Below, piece by piece: positions 51,540-64,000 of a DNA stretch of 64,000 nucleotides (its first letter is position 1; each line of letters opens with the position of its first letter). Position numbers and translations under genes: made by a program. Origin of the DNA: Epithemia pelagica (taxonomy: Eukaryota > Protista > Bacillariophyta); assembly GCA_946965045.2 (NCBI GenBank), contig OX337229.1, forward strand, positions 2,170,001 through 2,234,000, written 5' to 3'. Under the pieces are notes generated by a model that was given only the letters and a program-made list of their open reading frames with translations, had not been told where the DNA came from and ran no database searches.

Positions 51540-51788
51540 AAGGACATTTTTATTTTCTTGAAAAAGGAAAATAAAAGGAAAATGGAAAATTTTTTTGTGG
51601 TCCACAGAAGAACTAAATGAGAAACAAAACCTCCATTTTTGACACTTATGGTCCACTACAAAGGTGTGTCAAGATACCATAAGATCTTGTTGGGACAAAA
51701 TAGCCTATGATGTGTGGTCTAAAACCTCTTTGAATCGGTGGGTTTTTCTATCTTGGTCAAGGCTTACTGAATGCTTGCAGCAACCCTG
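51540..51788 (-). mobile_element. Orphan hAT-like terminus
   Basis: Reverse complement begins CAGGGTTG (8/8 with the hAT1 TIR) followed by an AT-rich tract. Confidence 0.4.
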
Positions 51789-52089
51789 TCCTACAGTTTG
51801 GTCAATGTACAACACATTAGGGAGTTGATTGCACCTCTCTGTTCATCACCACCCAAAAAATCTGTTTTTTATATTCTTATTTCAAAAGACTAATTTCCAA
51901 TCCTTCTATGAATAATTCTTGTGAAGGCAAGAATAGATTGTGTAAACATTCTGATGTTTCGACACGTCCAAATATGTGAATGGCATCATCTGCAAATGCT
52001 ATGTTCAGCCATTCAAGTTTTGACAGATGGTGGAGAGTCCACTTGTCATCAAGGAAGGTTCAGGTCACAACGTAGAGTAAACCATACTC

Positions 52090-52300
52090 CATCATTCAGA
52101 GTAAGTATGATGCATTCTCAGAAGTTCAAAAATAGGACTGTGACTGGAATTGCTCCTCCCTCTTTCAAGACAGCCTGGTGTATGGAATTATATCAACAAG
52201 AAATTTTGAGTTGCAATTATGGATACACACAGCAAAATGGAATACCGTGTGACCATTTATTCTGTGTTGAAGATGCATATGGTTTGGAAAAAATTTCACC
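52090..52300 (+). pseudogene. MULE SWIM-finger fragment
   Basis: LSCNYGYTQQNGIPCDHLFCV. Confidence 0.65.
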
Positions 52301-52309
52301 CGATAGTTA

Positions 52310-55300
52310 CAGTTCATCTAGAGGGACTCCCAACATCCTAAGTGTGTATCGAAGATCCAGAACTTGATCAGTCATAGTACGTCCTGCGATGAACTCTGAA
52401 GTGAACGTTGCAGTGGCGACAGTACTTTGTTTCTTGGAGTACCAATCTACAGGGGTCTTGTTGACAAACATCAGCACACCGGTCATTGCACGTCCTGTGA
52501 TGAGGTCATGATATAGATTTGCATCAAAGAATGCAGAAATCCTGACCATCTTTCCTCACGGCGTCGGCATGTTTTGAGAAAGTTCTTCATCAATATTTCC
52601 ATAAATGGAATTCAACCAATCATGTTCTTCTCCTTTGAGTTCACTATAATCAGGAATACCTGTCCTGACTCTTATAGCTCCATCTTGAAAATGCTTGACG
52701 TATCCATAGAGACGTTTCATGCGATCCATGTGTCCAATTCTTGGGGCAACACGGTATGAAGATAATGCGTTTACAGCAATTGCTACATCAAAACGGCCAA
52801 GTGTGACTAACCATTGTGTAGCACCAACCATTGACATGTACTTTGCTATGCCCTCTTCATCCAAGAAATCTGTTTCAACAAGTTCAGGATGATCACCACT
52901 TTGTAGTGGGCATGATTGTTTCTTCAAGGTCTCCCCTGGAAACATCTTTTCATAAGTACTGACCATCTTCTGAATGTACTTCTTGGGTTTATAATAGAGT
53001 GTGTCATCAGGATCTCTACCAAAATCACAGCCAAGGTGGAAACTGAGAGGCTCATCACCTTTGAGCTTAAACTTGTGGACATTGACAAGTCTGTCAAGAT
53101 ATTCTCTTGGGTTCTTCATGATCAACAGTAGGTCATCTACATATACAGCAATCTATTCATAAACATTACCATTACGTCTCATCCAAACGTCTGTGTCAGC
53201 GCGACATGGGGAGAATCCGTCACTACGCATTGTGTCGGCAAAGCGTTCATTATAACGTTTCCCAGATGTCTTGAGACCGTAGAGTGCCTTGTTTATAACC
53301 ATAGTGTACCCTTCAAGACCGAATGCTCTAAATTCTGGACCAGCTTCGAAGTATACCTTTTCTTTTGTATACGCTTCGAGGTACGCATTCCCAACATCAG
53401 CTTGATAAGTCTGTAAGCCATTGAGCTCACCAATCAAGAGGATAAGTCTGATACTTCTGAGAGATACTACTCCAGAATACACACTTTCCCCAGGATCGTC
53501 TGTCAGGTGTCCACCTACCACGAATCGTGATTTATGGCGACCATCGTGTTTGACGGCAAAGACCATGCGGCATCTAATCTTGGTGAAGTCAGCAGGCATG
53601 TAGACATTAGTTCCCTTGACTATAAAGGTCTGGTAATCCATTAATTGCTGTATCTCTAGTTTCATTGAATCAAGCCATTTAGTGCTGCCATTTTCTTCAT
53701 CAAAACGAAGCGCTTCGGCTGGATGGCGCGGAATGCGAACACCATACATGTACTTGATCTTGTTATGATTATGTTTAGCTTTCTTGATAGATCGTTCCAT
53801 TCGTTCTTCAGCTTCAAGAAGACGTTTGTATCTTTTCGAACCTGGAGCGGACAATAGCCCATTGTCTTTTGCATATGTGGCACATGCCATAGGAGCATCC
53901 TTGCAGAAGGTGTCGAGCGGTTCATGTGTGACTGAACCGTCATCCCACTCAATAACGAGATTATACTTGGATCCTTTGTAGCTAGGATGTGTAGGGGATA
54001 GTGGGCCTTCATGCGATTGGATTTGTTTCCAATTCCAGAATGTAAGATCTTCTGTATTACCTTCCTTGAGGTTGATTTCTTGGGTAGATAGGGCGTCTAT
54101 GAGCTCCTGATATCCCATAATGGGATCGTGTTCTATGTGGGGCACCTTAACTAGATATTTCTCTCTAGCTTCTTGTGTGTCGTTGTCTAGCTCTTGGATC
54201 TTGCTAACAACGGTAGCTTGGAATCTGCGACCATCTTTGGTGGGGTCGGTAAGGAAGGTGCGACCAACGAGGTCGGTTTCATCCAAAGGCGAAAAAACTG
54301 GTGGTGGGGGGCATCCATCCGACTCAAAATCGCGGGAATGGACTATTTCTTGAATTGCCTTCTGAGAATTCTCCCCTTCGAATGGATCAAGCTGACGGTT
54401 ACGTTCCGACTCGATGAGAGCAGACCGTACCGCGGGGCGATGTACGATACGTTGGGTATCATCGCTAAGGATTTGGAACGTCAGGGCATCACCCACATTA
54501 TCAGCAAAGCCTACCCATCTCCCCTTACGTTCTTGTGGGGTAGGGAATTGGCCGGTTTCGGAGTAATAGACCGGTTCATAAAATAGAAAACATGTAGCGG
54601 CAGAGATGTCTGGCCATTGGCCAGTTAACTTCTGGTGGGGGGATAGGTTATCAAGGGATTCGAGCGAACATATGTTGAGGACGGTCGCGACATATGACAG
54701 ACACAGAAACCACAAAGTGGTAGGGGCACCTGTAAAGGTGAGAACCCTGTTGCACGTGTCCTTGAGGAATCCAATCGTGCGTTCAGCAAAATTTTGGTGC
54801 TGGTGGTGTGGCTCGCTCTGATAGTCGGCGATCTTGTACATACGTAGTATATCCTTGACCTTGTTACTGATTTGTGCCTTGGCATTATCGCTAATGAGTA
54901 TATCCATTGCCCCGCGCCGGCGAATATTGTCCTCTAGGGTCTGGACAAATTCTCCATCGGTACGGACAGGATAGACATCGACGAATTTGGTCGTACGTCC
55001 AACAAAAACTGGGGCACCTTTAGCTCCTCCGTCTATTGCGGGGACTTTGGACCACATAGTATCGGTAGCAACTGGCTCGTGACGTCGAGGGACGTTGAAG
55101 GCCGGGAACCGTGACTTGAAAAGCTTCCTGAATAGAATACGGTACATGTTGCGAAACCACTGAGTAGAGTTCTCTAGTGTTTTCTTGACGCGATCTAGGG
55201 GCAGCCAAAGGAGATAGGGCCTTAGCTTCTCATAGTCATAGCTGTTGAGACGCCTATTCCTGGGATTGACTGTAGCATTTAGCTTGTCATTGGTATCCAT

Positions 55301-57805
55301 AGGTTGACCGGGATGTGTTCTTGCTTGATAGGCCTCTAGGACACGAGCGACACAGTCCACATGTAGGTAGTGGCCGGTCTCGTTGTACCTAGGATCGAAG
55401 GAGTTAAACTCGTCTAGTTCTTCAGGGGACTCCATAGCTTTGTGATAAACATCTTCTTCGACATTAATTTCATGATCTAAGACACCAGGTTCCCATAAGG
55501 CATCACTAGTGAACACTACTGTAGGTAGCGTATCTAGTTCTTCATCCGTAGGAGGGTGCATAGGCATCCTAATTAATCCTTGGCGGCATTGAAAAGGAAT
55601 TACCCATTGGTCCACTGTAACCATGCGTTGCTGATGGCCAGGGATCATAGCCGACTTGTCGTCAACCGTATTGCCAAAATGGGACAGTTGTCCTATAGAG
55701 TGCATAGTACTCCCCTTTCCATAGTAGGCGTACTGGTTCATGATGATTACGATTGGTCCACGTGTTGTCTGAACGACACCTGCACACGTCACAATGGGAA
55801 CGTCTTCCATATGGCTGTCGCCAATTCCCGTGATGTCAGCACTTCTATCCGTATAGCTCAGAACGCGTACGTCTTCACCAGCGAGCCCTCCATTTGCTCC
55901 GCCATCAATGAGCGAGCCCGGTAGAGTGGTAGATGCTGCGGCTTGCGTGCACCTGTAAGTAACACTCGCCATGTTGATGCTCCGTGTGGAGCCACTTCCC
56001 AACACGCGTTGGTAGATCGCGCCGGTACTGCTGATGACTCGCTCGCTGTTATCAGATCGAGATAAGAGATTATTAGGGAGTGTCTGGTTGCTGGCTTGGC
56101 TTGGCGGGATCGCGAATTGAGTCGACGGACTTGGTGGTGTAGTTGTCGTGGTAGCTATGGTAGTTTCAGAGATAGATGCACTATCTTGAGGAGCTGCCTG
56201 ACGGCTTTGATTACAAGACCTATTGCTCTTGTTAGAAGAAGCAATAGCCTTTCTTGCATTAGGAGGAAGTTGGTCCCATAATGCCTTGGGTATCTTGCCT
56301 GAGTTTTCTTGTTCACTAGAGTTAGCCTGATATTGGGACTTGTTCTTAGTGATGATAGCCTGTCGAGCATCCGGAGGTAGTTGACTCCAGATTTCTTTCG
56401 GGACTGAAATTCGATTCGAGGTGTAATTCCCCCCTTACTGCCATGAGACGCCCCCCCCTTTGCCATGTCCCCCCTTGTTATGAGAACTAGAGCTAGAGGA
56501 AGTCTGATGGGCAGTATGAGCTTGACGACGAGGCTTGCCCGTGTGCCTAGAATCGATATTGAAGGCCGTAGAACGGAGCAGCGCAAGATAATTATCATAG
56601 GTAATCGGTGGATTACCCTGAGCCTGGAAGATATTGTCCTGATGTTGTAGGCTAAAGAATTCCGGTTCATCACGTAGTGCCGTGCAAAGCATAGTTTTCC
56701 GAACAGCATCGGACTCGCGATCAGCGTGCGCGGTGCAGCGATCAACGATCATCCACTGCGATTACCAGTTGTTAAGGAAGGCTTGTTTCGAGCTCTTCCA
56801 GTCCTTAATGCGGAGCTGCGCGAGTCCTGCGCGAACATCCTGCACATTGGTCTGAGCTATAATAGAGTGTTCGTAGTGCTCACATAGCGCCGTAGCTATA
56901 CCTTGGGCATCTGCACGTTCTTCGTGACGTTTGACCATCATGCGCCCAGAGGCGGTCTGGAGCACACGGCAGAACACGGAGTACATGAACTGCTGGATTT
57001 CTTGCCAAAGGGCAGATTCCTTCCGGGTCTTGGGGTAGTAGCTAGGGTCAAAGACCTGATGAGTCCCGTGGACTCTAGCTGTAGCAAGGGTATCCCGATA
57101 CCAGGCATACCACTGCTTGTCATCCTTGAAATTGCTATACATGCTAATATCCCGTTTGACTCCTTTCCTGAAGTTCCGAGCATCTAGGCCATCATCACTA
57201 CTATCGCTATCGTTGTCATCGGTAAGATGGACATAGCTAGAGGATGAACTGGAGGAGCTATCACTATTATAGGAGTTAGTGATAGATAGATGAGGATCGT
57301 GAAAGACTTCGCCTTCGTTGATAGTAGGCAGACCATGTAGACCGGGTGTAGGGGTAACGCTACAGGTTAATTTATTCCGTAGGTTAATAATCGGCATCCC
57401 CGTCAGAGATCTCTGGGTACCCATGGCGGATGGGGCGATACCAGGTGACAGATTCTGAAAAGGGAGAGGACGAGAGCGGTTAGAGTCTTTCTTTTTCTTG
57501 TGTTTCTTCTTCTTTGATTTCTTGGCGGAACGCTGGGAAACAGATTGCTCACCTTCTAGCGGGCCACGAAGAGGATGAAAGTCTTCTTGCGTGATGAGCG
57601 TGATGTCATGCCCGCTGCGGAACTGTTCCCCGAGAATGTCGTAGGTAAACCTGGCTACACAAACGAGACGGTAAATTTCGTCGAACGTGAGCGAACGGAC
57701 AGGGTCATTATAGTCTTCAATGGGATGATTGGCACGAATTTGGTCGAGCGCGCCGGGGTCAATCTCCAAGAACATCGCCAAATGGTACAAGTTGGTGTAC
57801 GTCAT
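52310..57805 (-). pseudogene. Gag-Pol polyprotein of copia element 2
   Basis: Track ORFs 56762-57805, 56435-56752, 53153-56005, 52556-53125 and 52307-52549 in Gag-PR-INT-RT-RH order. Confidence 0.93.
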
Positions 57806-58890
57806 AGGGCACGTGATAACACCGCCAAAGCTGAGGAATCGCGGGAGTGACGCGACATTGTGAAGCAGATGGCGTAGGGCGGTAACCTGGCGTTCGGTAG
57901 CTGGGGGAGTAATCGTTGTATAAATCCCCCATCATGGCTTGGGCGTATTCCAAGTTGTTGGTGGAACGCTCCGACATGGTTGAAATAGGCGTAACGGGAT
58001 CGCCGCTCGCAGACATTATGACCGCAAGAATTGGTTGGGCAAATAGACTTGGGTCTTATGGATGAATCGTGTGAACCGGAGTCTTGGAAACTTGGTCTTG
58101 TAGCACAAAATTTTAGTCGTAGATCTTGAAATTTGGTCGTGTTTGAATGTCTTGATTCTTGTTCGTGAATCTTGGTTAAGCTTGAAACTTGAGTCCCACA
58201 AAAACACGATAAGCGTGCGTAATATTTACTTAGTGGGTCTTGATGGTAGAACACAAGCTACCCCTACTTTTCACCTAATACTGACCTGGTCCCGCGACTT
58301 CAGTATCAGTAACAGACGTAGCAGATATGCACGAACACGATTCTGCAGTCGCTGTTCGGCCACACTGGCGGATTTGGGCTTCTCTAAGGCAGTTCTTAGT
58401 AGTTCCCCAGGTCCAACGCGAATGCCAGGCAGGGACCTCTTGCACGTTTTCGATATCGTACTCGCTCAACGATTGGCGCTGAGACGGGGTGGTTGTATGA
58501 CAGAGATAGGTCGGGTGGTACTTTCAAGACCGCTTTCCCTCAAGCCCTAGATGTCAGTGACTCCCTGTGTCCCCGGACGTATTCTTCGTTCTCCGTAGGA
58601 TGCTCGTCGTCGTTCTCCGATGTTCTCGTAGTTATCCGCAAATCTCCGTATGTCCGTCGATCGCTTGGTCATGGTCGGATGCGGATGGTCGTGGTCGGAT
58701 AGCTGCGGTCTCTCTGTCAGTCCGTTGTCTCCACTTGTGTCCCGTAGGCTCGTTGTAGTAACTCTCACGTAGAATCGGTCGTCACCGTCGCGTCGTGTCG
58801 TAGGGTAGTATAGGATGGATAAGAGGATGGATTTGAGATAGGTCCAACCTTCCGACTTGGGAAAGACAACTCCGCGGGTGATCAAGCCGA

Positions 58891-58904
58891 TGAGACTGTT
58901 AATC
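58891..58904 (-). promoter_or_regulatory. Primer-binding site GATTAACAGTCTCA (copia 2)
   Basis: Follows the LTR end TGTCA on the minus strand; identical to 17331-17344. Confidence 0.85.
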
Positions 58905-59310
58905 TGACAAGCTGGAAGGAAGGTAGGTTAGATATGGTGTAACAAAACACACACGATGGAGACGGTATAATTACGATAAGATAGAGGGTTTCGAATAATT
59001 GATGATAAAATATTGTGATTTCATGAAGTGGTTATCTAGACTGAATCCTTTCGATCCCAGGTTCCCATTAAGGTGATCCTGGATCTTGGATCGAGGTGTA
59101 AAAGGCTTCTAGACGGAAAAGATCGCCGTCTAGGGTCATCGGCACAGGCCTATGTCACCTAGAGGTGCATATATAAGTTAGATGTAATAGTTTGCCGTAG
59201 ACTATCCGTTGCGGCTCTTTACGCGCGGTTGATAAGCCTCAATCCGCGATTAGCGCAATACGGTTAAGTCCAGCGGATCTTGGAGAATATAAATATAACA
59301 TAGCCTATGA
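58905..59310 (-). repeat. 5' LTR of copia element 2 (outer boundary uncertain)
   Basis: Ends CA at the PBS; candidate TG start at 59300, or at 60900 if interrupted. Confidence 0.55.
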
Positions 59311-59319
59311 GAACTAGTC

Positions 59320-59960
59320 CATCCACTACTGCAAATAGTTGCTGTTTGGAGTATTTGTTTGACGGCGAGGACATTGGTTGTGGAGTGGCATTCTTCTCCT
59401 CAGCTAGCAGCACTGTTTTGAGACTGGGAACACAATGCCAGACACCATCAAATGCACCTGTCTCTCTTCCCAGACCATGAATATCAAGAAAGCTTGTGTT
59501 GTTGTTTGGTGAATCAATAAAGAGATTGTATTGTGGGAAAAACAAACATCCATCCAATAGTTTCTGATCACTGGCTGATACTCTGTCGGCGGCGAGTTTG
59601 ATTTGTCATTGTAAATTTTGTCGCTGTACACCAGCCTCTCTTCATTAGATTCCTTGTAAGTCTGTGCTCACAACAGGATCCAATAAAAGTGGAGGCTGCT
59701 TCAGTCATTTTGCTGTCAACAAACTGAGCAGCAGTCCTAAGCCATTTGTCCTCCTGGATTCCCTTTTTTTGCAGAGGTCCACAATTTCTGACACACATCT
59801 GAAACAAGCCTTGCATCCACATCTAGAGCATGTCCAAAACTGTGGTGTTGGCTTTGTTGTTGCTGTTTCTTGCAATGGTTGTATTGGTTTGATTGATTGC
59901 TGTTGTTTTCTTTCAACTGAATTTGGGGAACAAAAACGGCAACTCATGGTTCCAATGAAC
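59320..59960 (-). pseudogene. Decayed MULE-like fragment
   Basis: EAASTFIGSCCEHRLTRN (CxxH..N); Cys-rich CSRCGCKACFRC upstream. Confidence 0.45.
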
Positions 59961-60336
59961 ATTCATGAACAGGGGGCTCAATGACACCTTTCCTCTCAAT
60001 ACAAAGGAAGACAGCAACTGCCCTGACAAATGGATGAAGACACCCTTGTCCTCAAGACAGCAAAGAACTTCCTGGCACCAGGAAATAGATGCAGAGAACC
60101 CTCTATCACTCAATTCTTTGGAGTTCAAGGTCGACTTTTCATTTTTTGCCCAAGGACGCGTCGGAAAGTAGACTCAAAGACGGTTCCAAGGAAAAAAGGT
60201 TGACTCAAATCCCACCAGTAGATGTGGAGATATGTCCTTCCAGTCTGTCTGCTGGATTGTGATGACCAAGTTCTGATTGACCGGACATCACGCCACTGTC
60301 ACATCATCCCGTGGAGGAGTAGCGTATGGATGGTCA

Positions 60337-60464
60337 ACAGGTGGGAGTATCAAAAGGTTTTGTCATAGGGTCATTAGGGATAGGGTATAAATGGCCCACA
60401 GGTGGGAGCATCAAAAGGATTTGTCGTAGGGTCATTAGGGTAAGGGTATAAATGGCCCACAGGT
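60337..60464. repeat. 61-bp G-rich tandem repeat x2.1
   Basis: ACAGG at 60337, 60398, 60459; each unit contains TTAGGG. Confidence 0.9.
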
Positions 60465-60975
60465 TAACTGTGGTTCGGGGAGGTCTGTTTGACCGTTATA
60501 TCCAATTATTGAATCTAGAAAAATAAAAAAGTTACTGTAAAAAATCCAAATGATATTTTTTAAAAATTTGGATATTAGCGTGTAGACAGCAGACGGGAGG
60601 TACCCCCGCAATCGGAGGGTATAACATAGCCTATGAGACATAGGACTAGTTCGATCGTGGAGTATACATAAATAAGGAGTGAATAGATCTTCGTGACTCA
60701 ATCGTGCCTAATCTAGATTCATACAGGAATCTAGGCTTAATGCGATTGATCTGCCGCGTACTTTCCGCGACTCTTCATGACTATAGAACTACCTATTGGG
60801 GAATATAGCCAACATAGGTGTTCTAGGTATTAGGAACCACTATTAAAGGGCTGCATCTTCGATTACTCCAAAGTGGCCCACGTCGGAAATAAGTATAACA
60901 TGGACCTACACAAAGGGGTCGAAAAGAAGAACCAGTTGGTTCTATTTGGATTGAGCACAATGACTATGGATGTTA

Positions 60976-61067
60976 CAGACCACACCAGTCTGTCATTATA
61001 AGTAGCGTTTAGAGCAGAGACAGACCACACCAGTCTGTCATTATAAGTAGCGTTTAGAGCAGAGACA
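60976..61067. repeat. 45-bp tandem duplication
   Basis: CAGACCACACCAGTC at 60976 and 61021. Confidence 0.9.
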
Positions 61068-62199
61068 TTGTCAAACCCTCAAAATAGCAATGCAGCGAGA
61101 CAGCAACATTAGTGGTTGGTGCAGGAGAAGGAAAATTATATATTCAGGTCTTATTCTGTGAAGGTGGTAAAACACCAATCAGCAAGCAAGGCAATTTCTC
61201 CATGACCCCTTCTACCATACTTACTGTTCAATGGAGGTTGTTTGGAAACAAGTTTTGAACAACAAGTTACAGCCTCATGAATGTAAATAAGCCCAAATAC
61301 AAGTTCCCTCTGTGTCAAGAGATGCTGGACAAATTATTCAAAGAGCTTGTGTTCACTGACTGTAACAATCTCACAAAGTATAAGTATAAGTGTGGCATTC
61401 CAGTGTTTCTTGTCTAAGGCCATTTGATTGGAATTATCTGTGAAGTTTCTAATACCGTGGCAATCGGGCAAGAACAGAAGGACATCATCGAATGGACAAG
61501 CGACCCCCAAGAATATGGGGGCATCAGCATTCCCTCTTTGGGAACTGAATGTGGTATCTCTCAGGTTTATATGCTCTTGAATTGTCCCCACAAACTGGAG
61601 GAGCTGCTCCCTCGCAATAATTGATCTCTTGGGAACAATGCCTCGCAGGTACCAGCTTCCCAATCTTAGAAAACATTGCCACGCCTCTTCTCTATTTGAC
61701 CCCTATGCAATGGTTACCACAAGTACGACATTACCTTGCATCGATTCGGAGTTGCATCAAATTAGACCATACCTTTATTCCGCACATTCAATGAGTCCAT
61801 GATTCTTTTCTTATTGATCACTCTCTGGAAAATTTTTCCATCTGACTCAACTCTATCTCTCTTGACAAAGCTTGTTTGCGCATTCATACATTTCTTCTTG
61901 TTGTTTTGATAAGCAATGTAACATGGATCACGTTGTATTGATTGTAGAAGGGTGGTCCACAGCTTTTCCTCAATAAGGCATGATCACTGGACACTCTCCT
62001 CTAATAAGAGCCTCAATGATGCCACCATGGGAATGTAAAAAGCTGGTCATCATCCCTATACTATTGTATGCTTTGGTGAGGCATTCGGTATATCTAGAGT
62101 ATAGCATTGACTGGGTTTTCATTTGTGAACCTTTCCAAAGCCATATGTACAATGCCAAACAAATCCGGAATTGTCTGTTGCAAAGAACAAAAACCCAAT

Positions 62200-62900
62200 A
62201 TGGATCCATTGATTTTGGAAGGTGTGTCTTCCTTGCGGCACATGCACCGAGTGATTTCCGCGGATTTGAGGCGAATCGAGTACATTGGTGGGTCATGTAC
62301 GAGATGCCACTCCGGGAGCCAGCCTCCTCCAGGTAGTTGAGCATCCCCACAATGGATCGTTAGTTGAAGAAGTTGTTCAATGCCGGTTCGTCCAAGTGTC
62401 GAAGAAGTTGTTCAATGCCGGTTTGTCCAAGTGTTGGTGAAGGATCTTGGAAGATGCTATTGGGTTCTCTTTAGTTGTCACATTGTCTTTAAAATGGATT
62501 GCATCAAGTACCTTGTGGATTAAAGGTGATGGTGCTTTGTGATGTTCACTGCAAGGAAATCTTTTATGTTCCCTTCAACTGTTATGTTGAGTTTGGCTGC
62601 TTTGATGTCGGCTTAGTCAATTTCCTCTCTATCTGGCCCGCGTAAGACGCTATTGTCTGTGTACGTACACGCCTGATCCCAGATAGAATGCACATTTGTC
62701 GATTGACAATTTGGTGAATCCAATGTCATGTACCAGTTGTTCTTGAAAACATGTGGAATGACATCGAGGTTCAAAGGATGGGAAGGTTGTAGAAGGGATG
62801 GAGCTGTGGACGGTGAAAAAAATGCATCGCTGGAATGTTACATTAGGGAAACTGAGAGTCTGTGCATGTTTCTGGGAACATGGAATTCTGATGAGTGCTA
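62200..62900 (-). pseudogene. Heavily decayed copia reverse transcriptase
   Basis: DIGFTKLSIDKCAFY, ITVEGNIKDFLAVNI, RSIVGMLNYLE, ISYMTHQCTRFASNPRKS across frameshifts. Confidence 0.75.
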
Positions 62901-63868
62901 TGAAAGAAGATTTGATTGAACCGGCAAATACATGCATGCATCAACTATTTTCCAGGACTGTGGAGTAAAGTACAGGTTATTTGTCCTACAGTTGTTGATG
63001 AAGAGCATGACATGGTGACCTTACCTTGCCTCTACAATTGTTTTTCAAAACTTATGGAAGTATGGAAGAAGGCAAGTTTTGTAGCTCTTGTTGGATGCAA
63101 GATTAAAAAGCAAAGTAAATCAGTAACCATGGTTTGGGCAGAGTTACCTGCATTTCGGACGACCTACACTTACTTGGGCAAGGCATTGGACGAAGCTCAT
63201 TGTTGCATTAAAGGTTCTGCAGAACAAGAACATGGCTGGCATCATGGACCTCATCAGCTTCATGCTTTTGAAGACTATAGATATGATCATTGGGCTGAGA
63301 CCCTACATCCCTTGCTTGATAAAGTGCATGAGTTGATACTGCTGTAGCATCCAACAATTTTGTTCATGTGATATGAATTTGTGTATTCTTGTGCTCAGGC
63401 TTCATGTAGGCTTCTTGGGCATATTACTGCTGGTGCAAATTGATTTGGTTGTTTCTGGTCAATTTTTAAGCTGGATAGATTGGACACGAATGTACCTTTC
63501 TGAAGATATTCCCCATTGATAGTGCAGTTAATTGGGATAAGTAGATGGAATCCATCCAACTTCATTCTTAATTTTGATCACCATATAGGATTGGTACTCC
63601 CTGTTGTATCTTCGTGATTGGTATCGTCCTTTGAGAGTGGTCATTTAGTTTGCTGTTACAGCAACCTTTGTCCGTGTAGAGAAAGCGTGGACATTCACTG
63701 ATGACAATGACAAAAGAAAGGTGGGTCTCATTGCCCACTCCATTCACTGTCATCACCATCCCTCCAAACGCTCTCGATCCACTGAAACCAAACGAGAGGA
63801 TATGACAGAACCCAACGAGGAGGAATTGAAGAAAAGTCACAATGAGTCAATGACAGCAGCAAGTGTTG

Positions 63869-64000
63869 CAAAATGGCGCCGTCGAAGAAGGCGAAGCCGA
63901 AGGAATCATATGCGGGTGTTGGAATTGCAGGAAGTAGGGAGAAGAAGCTAAAAGAGCGTGCGAAGAGTATATTTGAAAAAAACAAGCCAAAGGAACCGAC
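63869..64000 (+). repeat. Identical copy of 31519-31650 (start of the 2OG oxygenase gene, ATG at 63873), running off the window
   Basis: 132 bp identical; upstream sequences differ. Confidence 0.95.

Larger units (their letters stand above)
52310..59310 (-). mobile_element. Copia element 2 (CoDi-like): 5' LTR, PBS, leader ORF relic, gag-pol; 3' end truncated in RNase H
   Basis: FRKGVKRD gag, LIDGGANGG protease, HHQHQNFAER integrase, KHDGRHKSRFV / ADVGNAY / YVDD RT, DWYSKKQSTVATAT RNase H; in-frame stops at 56762, 53153, 52556; frameshift at the G-run ~56450; no 3' LTR. Confidence 0.93.

Noticed and set aside
61334-61663. Ulp1-like protease fragment (KKHWNATLILI)
   Set aside because: Only an HW dipeptide resemblance; no catalytic Asp or Cys motif found.
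62916-63347. 143-aa plus-strand gene
   Set aside because: Lies antisense within the decayed copia pol region; no recognisable motif.

Overview
Eukaryotic, transposon-saturated window with no intact housekeeping gene. It is most likely from a diatom, inferred from CoDi-type Ty1/copia signatures, short GT-AG introns and diatom-style transposase families. Left to right: (1) bases 1-2351 are a copy of 11981-14331. (2) A 7-kb hAT element (2349-9352, TIR CAGGGTTGTGAATTAC) has an intact transposase and, tail-to-tail inside the TIRs, an intact Endonuclease III/HhH-GPD DNA glycosylase. (3) A 176-bp satellite follows. (4) The 5' LTR of a copia element is split by a Pack-MULE-like element (10961-17084, ~140-bp TIRs, 9-10-bp TSD) carrying a PP1 fragment and a coiled-coil gene, and that gene is split by an intact two-gene PHIS/Harbinger element (13280-16421, CTG TSD). 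(5) The copia gag-protease is fused in frame to a foreign C-terminus lying tail-to-tail with a decayed RAG1/Transib-like transposase. (6) A second, decayed hAT carries a (GCT)33 tract. (7) A 2OG-Fe(II) oxygenase pseudogene sits beside an intact DOT1-like methyltransferase ORF. (8) Copia, MULE and Plavaka relics follow. (9) A TET/JBP-like dioxygenase lies tail-to-tail with a MULE-SWIM transposase. (10) A near-full copia element, more relics, and the start of a second copy of the oxygenase gene end the window. The strongest candidate novel system is DNA transposons of several superfamilies carrying DNA- or chromatin-modifying enzymes as convergent cargo. Both copia elements share a primer-binding site complementary to the anticodon arm of tRNA-Asn. 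All family calls are from motif recognition by eye; no searches were run.
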